Below, one piece after another: positions 1 through 12,050 of a stretch of DNA of 64,000 nucleotides (position 1 is the first letter of the stretch; the number at the start of each line of letters is the position of its first letter). A program made the position numbers and the translations under genes. The notes beneath the pieces are model-generated. The model saw only the letters and a program-made list of their open reading frames with translations, did no database searches and had not been told where the DNA came from. The DNA is from Octopus bimaculoides (taxonomy: Eukaryota): NCBI RefSeq assembly GCF_001194135.2, contig NC_068984.1:127519683-127583682 (forward strand), written 5' to 3'.

Positions 1-58
<58 letters not shown>

Positions 59-493
59 TATATAAAGGAATTCTGTAGAACACTGACTCACTTGGCACTT
101 ATATGAGAGAGATAGAAAAAGTGAAGAAAGAAAGAAAGGAGAGCAGCAATCCACTGAAGTGTGTAATAGTTTTGAGTGATTACTGAATCTTACATTATGA
201 AAGATAAATGTTCAATTTTTGAGATGAATAAAAGCTTTAAAAATAATGAAAGCTATCATTAATACCAGGATTATATATTTCTTGTATCTTGTCTCTTCAA
301 GTTATCAAGTCATTATTAACTGGTTGTTAAGAATCAAAGGAAAAGAATATAAAGAGAGATGTTAAAAAGTGGGATCAATAAACTCATTTGATGTGCGCAT
401 ACGAGTCTGTCTATCATTCCCTCTCCTCACTCTGGCTAGCACCCTACCTTTCTCTAACTCACTCTTTTCCTCTCTACCTTTGTTTCTTTAATT

Positions 494-547
<54 letters not shown>

Positions 548-664
548 TTCTGTTGATATGTGTAGGAGAAACATGCAAGAAACTATTACTAACTGGTAAG
601 TTGTTTTATTTGATCATAATACTACACAGTTAACCTTTCAAAATATGAAACTTTAAATATTTTA

Positions 665-1096
665 AGATACGTCGTCTCCTTCGTTGGACAAGAAACTCAG
701 CATGCAAAGACTCATTGGGGCAAGCGAAAGCGAAACCGGGATGGCACCTGTGCACAGCGTCGCCTTTCTGGCACTTGTGCCCGTGGCATGTGTAATGGAC
801 TTTCGAGCGAGATCGTTACCAGTGCCCCTGGACTGGCTCTTGTGCGGGTGGCACATAAAATACACCATTTCAGCGTGGCCGTTGCCAGTACTGCCTGACT
901 GGCCTCGTGCGGGTGGCACGTAAAAGCACCCACTACACTCTCAGAGTGGTTGGCGTTAGGAAGGGCATCCAGCTGTAGAAACTCTGCCAAATCAGATTGG
1001 AGCCTGGTGTAGCCATCCAGTTTCACCAGTCCCCAGTCAAATCGTCCAACCCATGCTAGCATGGAAAGAGGACGTTAAACGATGATGATGATGATG
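665..1096 (+). mobile_element. RTE-LINE 3' UTR fragment or RTE-tail SINE ending in (GAT)n
   Basis: ...GGCACGTAAAAGCACCCACTACACTCTCAGAGTGGTTGGCGTTAGGAAGGGCATCCAGCTGTAGAAAC...GGACGTTAAACGATGATGATG. The same tail is joined to RTE coding sequence at 38940-40175. Confidence 0.8.
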
Positions 1097-1769
1097 ACAG
1101 GGTCCCACAAGGAAACATGACAATTTTTAAAACAGTGGTAATTTGACTGATGGAAGTGAGGGGAAGTTGAGCAGCACATATTTAGTGTAGCTATGAAGCA
1201 GTGGATGCACAAAATAGCTCTTTTGCAATCAATATCTATTTTTAAAAAATCAAATGCAGTGAAATTTTCATTGGTATCTTATTGTGGATAATCACTGAAA
1301 AGTGTCTAACTAGAATACTATATTGCTAGGAGCAGAAAACCTCAGGTTGACCAGTTCTGTGTTGAAAAAGAAAACCTGAAATGTGTTTGAAGTGTCCAAA
1401 CACTGGAGATTATTGAAGCATCATTGTTCTGTATCAAACCATTGCGCTACACTAAGCATTTCAGATCAATGTGCAAAATATATTGCATCATTTTTACAAT
1501 TTTAATCCTTAATAAGACTGTGACTGCATGAAATATAGCAATGAGATTGGAAATCTGGAAAACACTAGCAAAAAATATGCTTGCAATGTAACCAGATAAC
1601 TTCTATTTTTACTTCATGGATGACAGAGTGCGTTCCCATCTGTTTTATGTAAATAAGTGAAACTTCCACTATGAAATGAACGGCAAACAACGACAACTTC
1701 AGGGATAGCCCCTTCGCTGTTTACATGCAACAGTGTGGAACTTTGTGGCAAACTTTGGTGTCTTTTTCT

Positions 1770-2071
1770 TTTCGCCCTTTCAAAGCCTAGCCAGGTTCAT
1801 GGGTCCAGTTTCCCTGTTTCTATGGCGTATGTGTTCCCCTCAGCTGGACGGGACGCTGGTCCATCGCAGCATTACTCAAGAAACAGGAAGAAAGAGTGAG
1901 AGAAAGTTGGGGCGAAAAAGTACAATAGGGGTTGCCACCACCCCCTGCCGTAGCCTCATGGAGCTTAGGTGTTTTCGCTCAATAAACACTCACAACGCCC
2001 GATCTGAGAATTGAAACAGCGATCCTCCGACCGCAAGTCCACTGCCCTAACCACTGGGCCATTGTGCCTCC
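1770..2071 (-). mobile_element. tRNA-derived SINE (OR-like head and body, alternative tail)
   Basis: Head GGAGGCACAATGGCCCAGTGGTTAGGGCAG...; shares its 5' half with 4046-4715 and 8898-9281, but the tail differs. Confidence 0.75.
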
Positions 2072-2449
2072 GCACTTTGGTGTAAGAGGTCCATATTTCT
2101 GTAAAAAAGGTAGATATTTCTTAACAGAAAATGCTGATGGCTTTGTGATCATGTTCCATAAATTCCTGTTCATTTCTTTGCCTGGCCCTGTAGCAACGGG
2201 ATAAATAGATAGAATGGGTGGGATGGTGTGAAAGAGAATAAAACAGAGAAAAAGCAGATAGTGAAGTAAATAAAGAAGCTGTTAGAAGAGACAGGGTGAG
2301 TGGAGAGCAATCTGGGAAATTATGAGAGAGGAACAGAGAGAGAACTGATGTAAGAGAATGAAAGATTAAATGTGAGAGGAGAGAAAGCATCAATACAAGA
2401 TAGATAAAATAATTACAAAACAGGTAGCATTCATTGTGCCTAATAGCAT

Positions 2450-2518
<69 letters not shown>

Positions 2519-2575
2519 TGTCAGTGGATCCTATATCCAAAAAACAAGCACACTCTAAAAGTTAGAGCAGTCATG

Positions 2576-2832
2576 TATTTACAAGAAGTTAATTATATGG
2601 CCAGTCACACAGTAACCAATGATTTTGCATCCATGAACCGCTTAGCCTTATAGATGACTTGTCAGACTCCAATAGCTGCGGACATACAACCTCTCTTCAA
2701 ATCTCCAGTTTGAAGAGAGGTTATTAGTCCATGGCCATTAGAGTCTGACACATCATCTATAAGGCTAAGCACTTTATGGATGCAAAACCATTGGTCACTA
2801 TGACTGGCCATGTAATTAACTTCCTGTAAATA
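2576..2832. repeat. Fold-back element (about 125-bp inverted arms, 7-nt loop) made of two decayed HHR-bearing units
   Basis: Arms 2576-2701 and 2709-2832 are reverse complements differing mostly by transitions. Each arm has CTGACA(A/C)...AAAA(C/T)CATTGGT(C/T). A homologous single arm at 21062-21160 (-) retains CTGATGA and GAAAC. Confidence 0.8.
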
Positions 2833-2979
2833 TATATATATATCACAGCTCATGAGCTGAAACTAGATAAAATGAAAATATATCTACATAATCGCATTTT
2901 TTAGAAAAATATAAATCCAGAGAAGCACATTCTAAGACTTAGAGCAGTCTATATTTACTACTTGTGAAGGCCAGTTTAA

Positions 2980-3037
2980 AGGGTTACCCTGGGTTTCTCA
3001 CCATAAAGGGTACCTTTATGGCATATCTTCAGACCCT
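2980..3037 (-). ncRNA. Type I hammerhead ribozyme motif, intact core
   Basis: Minus strand reads AGGGT-CTGAAGA-TATGCCATAAAGG-TAC-CCTTTATGGTGA-GAAA-CCCAGG-GTA/ACCCT. Perfect 5-bp stem I, long stem II, short quasi-palindromic stem III, GUA cleavage triplet. Confidence 0.75.
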
Positions 3038-3127
3038 AAGACCTGTTGGCCTATGGCCTCTATAAAATGTGGAGGGGGAAACAATACAGATATAAACAAT
3101 GGGAATTATCTCCCTTTGCTGCTGGTC

Positions 3128-3189
3128 ATAAGGTCTGAAGATACGCCATAAAGGTTACCTTTATGGCAAGATACCCAGGGTAACCCTAT
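3128..3189 (+). ncRNA. Type I hammerhead motif, inverted sister of 2980-3037, with GAAA changed to GATA
   Basis: ATAAGGT-CTGAAGA(3135-3141)-TACGCCATAAAGGTTACCTTTATGGCAA-GATA(3170-3173)-CCCAGG-GTA/ACCCTAT; stem I pairs 6/7. Confidence 0.6.
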
Positions 3190-3214
3190 AAACCAACCTT
3201 CACCAGTAATACAT

Positions 3215-3572
3215 AGAACTCGACTCCGTCGGTCATGAATGACCATGGATGCACTTAAGAGGTTCCCCTCCGGGGTACAAGTCTGGGCAGAAAATCGCCT
3301 CAACAGCGAACGCACAACCTAGGGTTGTTTTTATAGGAGACCGTGCAGTCGTTCATGCATACTAACCTCCCCTCTCTACACCACTGATGTTATCCCAGGG
3401 AAAGGCAAAGGCCGATACAGCTTGGCACCAGTGATGTCACAATTAATCTCTACAGCTGAGTGAACTGGAGCAACGTAAAATAAAGTGTCTTGCTCAAGAA
3501 TACAACACACAGTCTGGTGCGGGAATCAAACTCACAACCTCATGATTGTAATCTCGACAGTCTAACCACTGA
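3215..3572 (-). mobile_element. tRNA-headed SINE with a TTGAGCAAGACACTT central domain
   Basis: A/B-box-like head (CAGTGGTTAGA...GAGTTTGATTCCC); related domain at 16130-16380 (+) and 21236-21465 (-). Confidence 0.65.
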
Positions 3573-4045
3573 AAGTATTACAGTGTTACTGTGCAAATTA
3601 TAAGTGCTACCCACAAATGAGTTTCAATTATACCTTAATAATCTCAAAAATGGTGTACTGCTGATTCAGTCCCGCGGAGGCACTCAATAACAAAACAACA
3701 TCAGTGAGTGACAAAACTATTTATAAATAATTTTTTGATCATCACGTGTGCAAAAGAATAGAAAAAAAAGGCATAACTGGGCAAGTAAAATAGTTGTAAC
3801 AATAATGTATAATGTATAGAGGAGGAGAGGTGTTGTAATGATATTATATAACCTGTGGAGGAGCAGAGATGTTCCTACAATACTGTACAGTGTGCAGATG
3901 TGTTGTAACAATATTTAATATCATGATCCATAGTAAATGTTGTAAAAGTACTGTAAAATATGTAGAGCCATAAAGGTGTTGTAATAACATTGTTAAAGCA
4001 TGAAAAGTAGTAAACACTTCAAAATGTAACAATACTCTAAAATAT

Positions 4046-4715
4046 GCTGTTGGCACTCCGTCGCTTACGACGTCGAGGGTTCCAGTTGATCCAATCAACG
4101 GAACAGCCTGCTCGTGAAATTAACGTGCAAGTGGCTGGGCACTCCACAGACACTTGTACCCTTAACGTAGTTCTCGGGGATATTCAGCGTGACACAGTGT
4201 GACAAGGCTGGCCCTTTGAATTACAGGTACGACAGAAACAGGAAGAAAGAGTGAGAGAAAGTTGTGGTGAAAGAGTACAGCAGGGTTCACCACCATCCCC
4301 TGCCAGAGCCTCATGGAGTTTTAGGTGTTTTCGCTCAATAAACACTCACAACGCCCGGTCTGGGAATCGAAACAGTGNNNNNNNNNNCGGAACAGCCTGC
4401 TCGTGAAATTAACGTGCAAGTGGCTGGGCACTCCACAGACACTTGTACCCTTAACGTAGTTCTCGGGGATATTCAGCGTGACACAGTGTGACAAGGCTGG
4501 CCCTTTGAATTACAGGTACGACAGAAACAGGAAGAAAGAGTGAGAGAAGGTTGTGGTGAAAGAGTACAGCAGGGTTCACCACCATCCCCTGCCAGAGCCT
4601 CATGGAGTTTTAGGTGTTTTCGCTCAATAAACACTCACAACGCCCGGTCTGGGAATCGAAACAGTGATCCTATGACCGCGAGTCCGCTGCCCTAACCACT
4701 GGGCCATTGCGCCTC
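4046..4715 (-). mobile_element. OR-like tRNA-derived SINE with an 11-bp TSD; internal 279 bp duplicated across the gap
   Basis: TSD CTCTAAAATAT at 4035-4045 and 4716-4726; homologous to 8898-9281. Confidence 0.85.
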
Positions 4716-4902
4716 CTCTAAAATATATACAAGAGTAAATAAAAGTGTTCTAATAAAATGTATAGTGTGAACAGTAGAGATGTCGTAACAATACTGTACA
4801 GTGTGTAGAGAGGTATGTATTTTAACAGTACTGTACAGTGTTTAACAATATTGTTACAATATTGTACAATGTGTAGAAATAACAGAATTATGTTATATAA
4901 AG

Positions 4903-5073
4903 CAGTGCTCCACAACTGGTATGCTGCAGCACACTGGTGTGCCACGAGACGATGCTAGGTGTGCCGCAGTGTAACCTGAATATAATTTTTTTCCTAGTTT
5001 TAGTTCAAGTGTGTCACTGAATTTTGAAAAGAAAATAAGTGTACTGCAAGCGAAAAATGGTTGCAGAGCACTG
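4903..5073. mobile_element. hAT-type MITE (171 bp)
   Basis: TIRs CAGTGCTCCACAAC / GTTGCAGAGCACTG; 8-bp flanks ATATAAAG / GTATAAAT (6/8 match). Confidence 0.75.
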
Positions 5074-7102
5074 GTATAAATGTTTGATGAGTAGGAATGT
5101 TGTAACAATGTGCAGAGGTGTGTACATGTCTTGTAACGAAAGTATTTAATGTGTTGATTTGTAATATTGGGTATTGCGTAGAGGAGCAGTAGGTATTGTA
5201 ACAATATTGTACAGGGTGTAGAGGAGTGGTAGTTTGTAAGAATACGAGACTGTGAGAAGAGTAATAAGAATGAGGTGTGTAGAGAAGTAGAAAGCTGTAA
5301 CAGTGTACAGCACGTATAGCAATAGGCATTGTAGCAAATTGAACACCATGTAGTGGTATACAAAAACAAAGGTGTAATAATACTGTATAGTTTGTAGAGG
5401 TAATGAAGTGTTGTGACAATACTGTACAGTGTGTAGAGAGCTACAGAGTTATAAAACCATCATACTACTTCAATAACACCATTTCATTAACATCAATGTA
5501 AATATAACACGACTACTTCCTAAATAGAACAGTTATTAAATTGATAATATCTATTTCAGGAGACATTATGATATTCCTAATAATAAAATCTATTTAAAAG
5601 TGAACATAATTTAGTACATTTAAATAGGGAATTTTGCAATAGTACATTTTTCATGGCTGTTTGATCACTAAACCCAAAGTGTAAAGAAATTAATTGAGAA
5701 TAAAGTATAATTTAATATCATACTCATCATCATCACTTTACATCCATTTTTCATTCTGACATAGAGGGATTGATTTAAATTCAACAAATTATAAAACCTA
5801 TCTTTAATGTATTTTGATAAAGGGAAGGTGATGTTTTTGATGTCCATGCCGTATTGAAGACATTAATGATATAGAATATTGAAAGATATTCTTCTGACAA
5901 GGTGCTAAATCATCTGTAGAAAATTTAATTGATATGGAAGAATAGGAGAATGAAATAGAAAAGATATAACATCTTTACATAGAAATTGCCAAAATGGTTG
6001 ATGCCCTTTGTTATTTTACACCATGTTAATTACGACACCTTATACCGACATTCCAGCTTAATTAGTAAAGTAATTGATAACTTTACAAATAAGACATCAT
6101 TATACAACCTGGTGTTTTCTTTTGTTTTCTATCAAAAACAAACTTCAATCAATATAACAGATAAGAAACTACTGAAATACACACTCCCTACATTTAATGA
6201 CATGGCAGAAAATCTTTTTAAGAAAATGCTAGAATGTCTAGTTTTAATGTTTTATAACTACAAAACATTAGATTAATAGAACTAAAACAAAATGCAATTA
6301 GTAATGCATCATCAGTACAAACTAACTACTTTCTTATATTATTTCTAAACTGTAAAAGTATAATTTAGGTCATTGTTAATATGTATAGCTGCAAGAAATG
6401 ATAGGGGAAAGCTGGTGTCAGCTATTGGTGTCAGGTGGATTTTACTTTCTAAAGATAACTGCAGTTTGATAGATAACTATCATTCAGATATGTTTTCAAA
6501 CAAAGTGTTACTGAATATACATTTCAATAGTAAGAAACTCTCAAGAGAACTGCACAGCAGAAGGTCTTCAGAGAAAACACTGCCCTCAGGCAAGTGTTTT
6601 AACCATTAACTTCCTACAGTCTAAGGGAGCTGGGCTGCACCCATGTCATGATTCCTGGGTACTCTTTTACTGACACTTCCTAGCTACTTGGATATCAGAG
6701 ACTTGTGCATTTAAACTGCTTGGTTTCATCCAGCAGGAACTCCTCTCTGTTGACTTGGCTTTCAAATTTATATTAAAAAATATGGCTTTAACAAATACCT
6801 GACATATAGAAATAGAATACAACAAACTAATGGCTTTTTTTTATTCCTATATTAACAAGCTGTCATTACAAAAAGATACAATTTTCTGAATAACAATAAA
6901 TCATCAACAACTTGCTATGTGGTTCAGAAATTTGCTATGCAACCCAATACTTCTGGATTCAATCCCACTGCACAGCACTTTGGACAAGCATTTTCTACCG
7001 TACCTCCATGTTAGAATGTGGCAGACAGAAACTGGGCAAAAGCTCATTGAATGTATTTGCTTGTGTGTGAGTGTACACACACCTTCTGCTTAGTTTATAT
7101 AG

Positions 7103-7192
<90 letters not shown>

Positions 7193-7324
7193 TGTTTAGG
7201 AGCAGCCTTTGACTTTTTCTTCCCAAAGGGTCTTTTGGCTCAATATTTACACATTATTATTTATAGCTTAATCTACTTTGAGTCTCACCATTAAATAAAA
7301 ATGCAATAATTTATCAAATACATA

Positions 7325-7359
<35 letters not shown>

Positions 7360-8897
7360 ACATACCAAACATATACTGATACAAATACACACAAACATGC
7401 ATGCACTTTCATGTGTATATGTATCTTTTGCTGATATACATTGGCAATCAATATAAACATCAGCAAGTCCCTTGAGTTAATTGTTCTGTATCATATTAGA
7501 CTCCCTTGTCACTGACCAACAGAAATGCTGTGAATCAGTGATTGGCCAAGGACCAACAGCACAATCATTCATAAATTGTGATAAATAAATTGTAATAAAT
7601 CAATATTTTTGACAACCACAATTCCCTCCTGTCATGTCATATCAGAATGTCAATAGTTTATTTGTTCTTCAGTCACTGTTCCTCGAAATTCATTTGAGGT
7701 CAATTAAAACTCATCTAAGATAATTCTGAGTTAAAGAAACAAAAGAAATGCTCATTCAAAGGGAAAAAAAATTACATTTATAAGATATTGCCTTTTGATA
7801 TATGAATGATTGCAGAGATAAAGAGGTTATTAAGACAAATAATTGTCTTTATTAACAGATATCTATGAAGAAAAATAAAGGCAATTGCATTGCACTATCA
7901 ATCAGTCTGATAATATTAATTTAGGGAGACAGCATATAGTGGAATATTTCATCAGTTGTATATATTAAAGAATATACACTCTAATATAAATATGAAAGTA
8001 AGTTGTTGTTAATAATAAACAAAATATATTAGATCATGACTCTTTCTCTCGTATCATTTACAAAGAAGGCTTTTGCTATATCATACTTTATACCTCCAAG
8101 GTAAAACACCAAAATGTGCACAAGAAAAAAAAATTAAACATGTTGTGAGTTGTTAAAAATCATCATCACTACCATATGCACAAGAAACTACTACAAAACC
8201 ATTCACCATCTTGAAATTAATCTAATATTTCAGCTTTACAATTCAAGAAGTTATGAAGTTCTTCAAGAGTTTTAACCTCAGCCACATATAGTTTATTTCA
8301 AGAAAGATTTCTGCCAAGGTTTTCAAATAACTACCTAATAGAAAATGACATGTTAAAACAAACTGTATCACTGTACATATGTGATGCAAGTTAAGAGAAA
8401 TGCTTGAAAATAGCAAAACTGAGAATGCTCCAGGCAGAGAAAAACTAAGGAATGTCTAGAAAGAAATGGTGAGGACATCTAAGTAAGAAATGATGATATG
8501 GCTGATATTATCACCATAAAACTTTGTATAGTAATAAATATTAAATTTCTCACACTTCTGGAAGTTTATGACTGTCGTGTTAAGGTATGTACACTTCTGG
8601 CGTGCAAGTTCAAACCCTACAATTGTTTATTTTAATTTTTATACTTTCAAGATCAATTTGACATTATTACACTCCAATACAGTCTAACATCAGCAGTGGT
8701 ACATTAACATACAGTACCAACAGTGTCTCACAATTGCATTGCAGTGGAACCCTGATATATTTATATGTGGTTTCCAAAGAAAAAAATAAATGACAGTTAA
8801 AATTTAAGAATTTACTTTGAACTGAAGATATTTTCAGAAGGAAATTAGGGTGGGATTCTATTCATTTAACAATTGCTTTTAACATGAGAATAATAAG

Positions 8898-9281
8898 GAG
8901 GTGTGGAGGCCCAGTGGTTAGGGCAGCAGACTCGCGGTCATAGGATCGTGGTTTCGATTCCCAGACTGGGATTTGTGAGTGTTTATTGAGCGAAAACGCC
9001 TAAAGCTCCACGAGGCTCCGGCAGGGGATGGTGGTGAACCCTGCTGTACTCTTTCACCACAACTTTCTCTCACTCTTACTTCCTGTTTCTGTTGTGCCTG
9101 TAATTCAAAGGGTCAGCCTCGTCATACTGTGTCATGCTGAATATCCCCGAGAACTACATTAAGGGTACACGTGTCTGTGGAGTGCTCAGCCACTTGCACG
9201 TTAATTTCATGAGCAGGCTGTTCCGTTGATCGGATCAACTGGAACCCTCGACGTCGTAAGCGACGGAGTGCCAACAACAAC
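8898..9281 (+). mobile_element. Full-length OR-like tRNA-derived SINE with an (AAC)n tail
   Basis: Head GAGGTGTGGAGGCCCAGTGGTTAGGGCAG...GGTTTCGATTCCC; flanking direct repeat AATAAGGAGGTG at 8892-8903 and 9282-9293. Confidence 0.85.
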
Positions 9282-10589
9282 AATAAGGAGGTGGGAAAAT
9301 GCCCATCTTTAAATTCCCCCATCCCTAATCAATAAAATCTCAAACTTTCATTGCTTCATATTGATAATGAAGTTCCCTTGACTATTAGTTTGTGAACTGG
9401 AGAGAATTCTTCCTTCCCTACAAATGATTACTAAGGCATTGTCACCTTAACCCATTCTTTAATACTCATGACATCCAATATTCTTCTCACACCTTCGATA
9501 CATAGACAAAGAAAGATCTAAATAATATTTGAGGATTATTTATTTTATGTCAGTTAACGGAGGGGGGCCTGTGACCTTCACAGTAGGCTGCTGAGACTGA
9601 TGCAATGTAGAGTAGAAGGGGAACTAGGTGTCTGGTTCAAATGTTTGAAAAAAAAGGAACTTTGTTTAAGACATCCAAGGACCAGATAGTTTAGTTGAGC
9701 CAAGAGGTGCATTAAGCCTGTTAGTGTGACACGTCTCACCTAAACTGAGTAAATAAGAAAAGATATTTATTTTAGCCAAATGGTGGTTGAAACTGTCCCT
9801 GAACAACTTTCTCTTATTCATATTTATCTTTCTTCATCAATTATACTATACTGAAGACAAAAGGTTATAATAATGATGTTTAGTCCAAGATCTACTCTTA
9901 TTGAGCAAACCTATGACCATAGATGTTCCGGCCACGACCAATCTGTTTTTTTAATTATTTTTTCTTCTTTGTGTAGGTCAAGATGTCTCCATCTTCCTTT
10001 GACCCTTTTGATATAAACTTAAACTGATACAAAAATTAAAACCTTCCTTCAAAATTTCATGCTAATCTACGTTCCAAATACCAACTTAATATTTTCAAAA
10101 TAAATTGAAATAAAGGTAATGTATTAAATAGAGTGGGATTTGAGGGAATTTGGCTATTGTTTCTAACAGATTGAGCAACCACATGAGACCCCCTTGATGA
10201 TGTTGGTTGCAATTGTGAGGACTACCATCGCTAGAGTATTAAGCTAAATTGTTTATCTGATTATTACTAGAATAAAATGAGATGTGAAGTCACATTTTAT
10301 CAGATGAGTTCTTAATAAAATTATAATTTTTTTTCAATTAAACTTGGAAGATGTGAAATATTTTATGATCTCCACATTGATAAATTATGACCTCTGATCA
10401 TCATCAAGAGTCTTATTCCTGGATATGTATGCATAGTATTAAACCAGATTCAAACTAAAATCATTTTTATTTCTAAACTAAGGGGAATAATGCATACTGC
10501 TACTAGGCTTTTGTGAGATGGATAAGAAAGTCAAACTGTACAGTGTGAATCTGAGAAACACATTAGATAAACTAATTACACTTCAACTA

Positions 10590-10900
10590 TTATCACATAG
10601 ACATGCTGTCTCCTCAGTCTTCTCTACTGAAACAACAATGACTTCTTATCAAAGCTAGTTGGTTTTATACCACCTGCACTCAAATTCATCCTTGACTCTC
10701 CTTTTCACAAAACCAATACTGCCTGCCTCACACCTCCAGGTATCTGCTATAATGACCTGTTCCCAATCCTTCCTCCCCAAGGCATCAATTAACTAGGATT
10801 CCATTTCTGTCCATGCTTTTTTTACCTATACATGTTGACTGTCTGATGTTCAAGATGAACATCAGCTGTATCAGTCTCAACCAACCCTTTCTTCCTGACT
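10590..10900 (-). mobile_element. Decayed RTE-LINE 3' remnant
   Basis: Minus strand encodes GRKDWEQVIIADTWR, like the RTE C-terminal GRPxKxWxxxV region, followed by tail-like sequence. Confidence 0.5.
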
Positions 10901-10941
10901 AAACCATAAAAAAAATGTTGGGCTTTGTAATTTAAGAAGAC

Positions 10942-11170
10942 TAACCATTTAGCATTCCGGTTACTCTATCAAATGTAATGTTTATTTATTCTTACTGCTT
11001 TGAATTAAACATGCATTCTCTTGTAGCTTCAAGACTTTGATGATATGATTGCCTATTTTTAGAACTGACATTGTAGGGTAAGTGTCAGAGGCTGGATCTA
11101 GTCAGTTTGAGCGTAAAACATACAGAATATGTAAACTGGATATAGTTTGTTTAAATGCTACGTCAAACTA
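10942..11170. mobile_element. piggyBac-type MITE, decayed copy
   Basis: Homologous to 31104-31348. Confidence 0.6.
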
Positions 11171-11699
11171 ATAACACCCAGATGTGTAAAATTAGGAAAT
11201 ATTAATGTATACAGCTTTGTTACAGGTGTATCAACATAAATTGGGCTTCCACCAGGAAAATACCTTCTCTCAAATAAGTATATATCCAGCTTTACAAAAC
11301 TATCAAACCCATAATGTAATAGAAAGAGGAAATAAGAACACATTCATTGACTACAGATTTTCTATATCTAACAAATTCTTTAATAGATTGGCTATATTTA
11401 GGCAAAAATAAAATTGTCATTGATGTAATCTATATTTGTCACCAAAGCTCTTTAAATTATATTTTTACAACCAAGTAAAAAAGTTAAGAAAATATTTCAA
11501 GCTAAATTGACAACTCAATCTAGTGAGGTCATCTTCACAAAACAATATATTTTTTTATCTCTTTTTACCTATCAACTTAGAACATACCAGACAGTCCAAT
11601 GAGGAAACCTCTATGTGGTTGACAGACATGCTAGAAGTAGCAGCCAAATCTTTAAAATCATCACACCATTTTAGTTATTATTTAAAAAAGGACATTACA

Positions 11700-12050
11700 G
11701 GTATGGCTCACTTTGTAACCACATGGTTCTGAGTTCAGTCCCACTGCACAGCACCTTAAGCATATATCTTCCACTATAGCCTTGAGCTAGCCAATGCCTT
11801 GTGAGTGAATTTGGTAAGATGGAAACTGAAAGAAGCCTTTCATATGTGTGTGAGTGTGTGTTTGTATACACTGCTGCTTGACAACTGGTACTGTTTTGTT
11901 TACATCCCTATATCTTAGTGGCTCAGCAAAAGTGATCAATAGAATAAGTACCAGATTTAAAAATTAGTACTGCTGTTGAGTTCTTCAACTAAAACCATTT
12001 AAGGTGGTGCCCCAGCATGGCCACAGTCCAATGACTGAAACAAGACAGAT
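11700..12050 (+). mobile_element. Abundant tRNA-headed SINE with an internal microsatellite (family B)
   Basis: GAGTTCAGTCCCACTG...CACCTT...GGAAACTGAAAGAAGCC...(TG)n...CCAGCATGGCCACAGTC...TGACTGAAACAAG. Confidence 0.7.

Larger units (their letters stand above)
2963..3204. repeat. Fold-back element (about 80-bp inverted arms, about 78-bp spacer) made of two HHR units
   Basis: 2963-3043 is the reverse complement of 3124-3204. Confidence 0.85.
3790..5440. repeat. Degenerate minisatellite (about 30-40 bp, GTGTTGTAACAATACTGTACAGTGTGTAGAGGAG-like), interrupted by a SINE and a hAT MITE
   Basis: Recurring TGTTGTAACAATA, ACTGTACAGTGTG and TAGAGGAG blocks on both sides of the insertions. Confidence 0.7.

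Noticed and set aside
3634-3720. Possible minus-strand exon (VLSLTDVVLLLSASAGLNQQYTIFEIIK) of the MGNC gene
   Set aside because: Weak acceptor, phase does not follow the phase-2 donor directly, and no homology recognised.
4099-4666. 279-bp direct duplication inside the SINE (4099-4377 and 4388-4666)
   Set aside because: The copies are near-identical and straddle a 10-N gap, which is typical of an unmerged contig overlap (assembly artefact).
8898-8975. tRNA-like heads of SINEs as tRNA genes
   Set aside because: They have A/B boxes only, no complete cloverleaf, and continue into SINE bodies with tails and TSDs.
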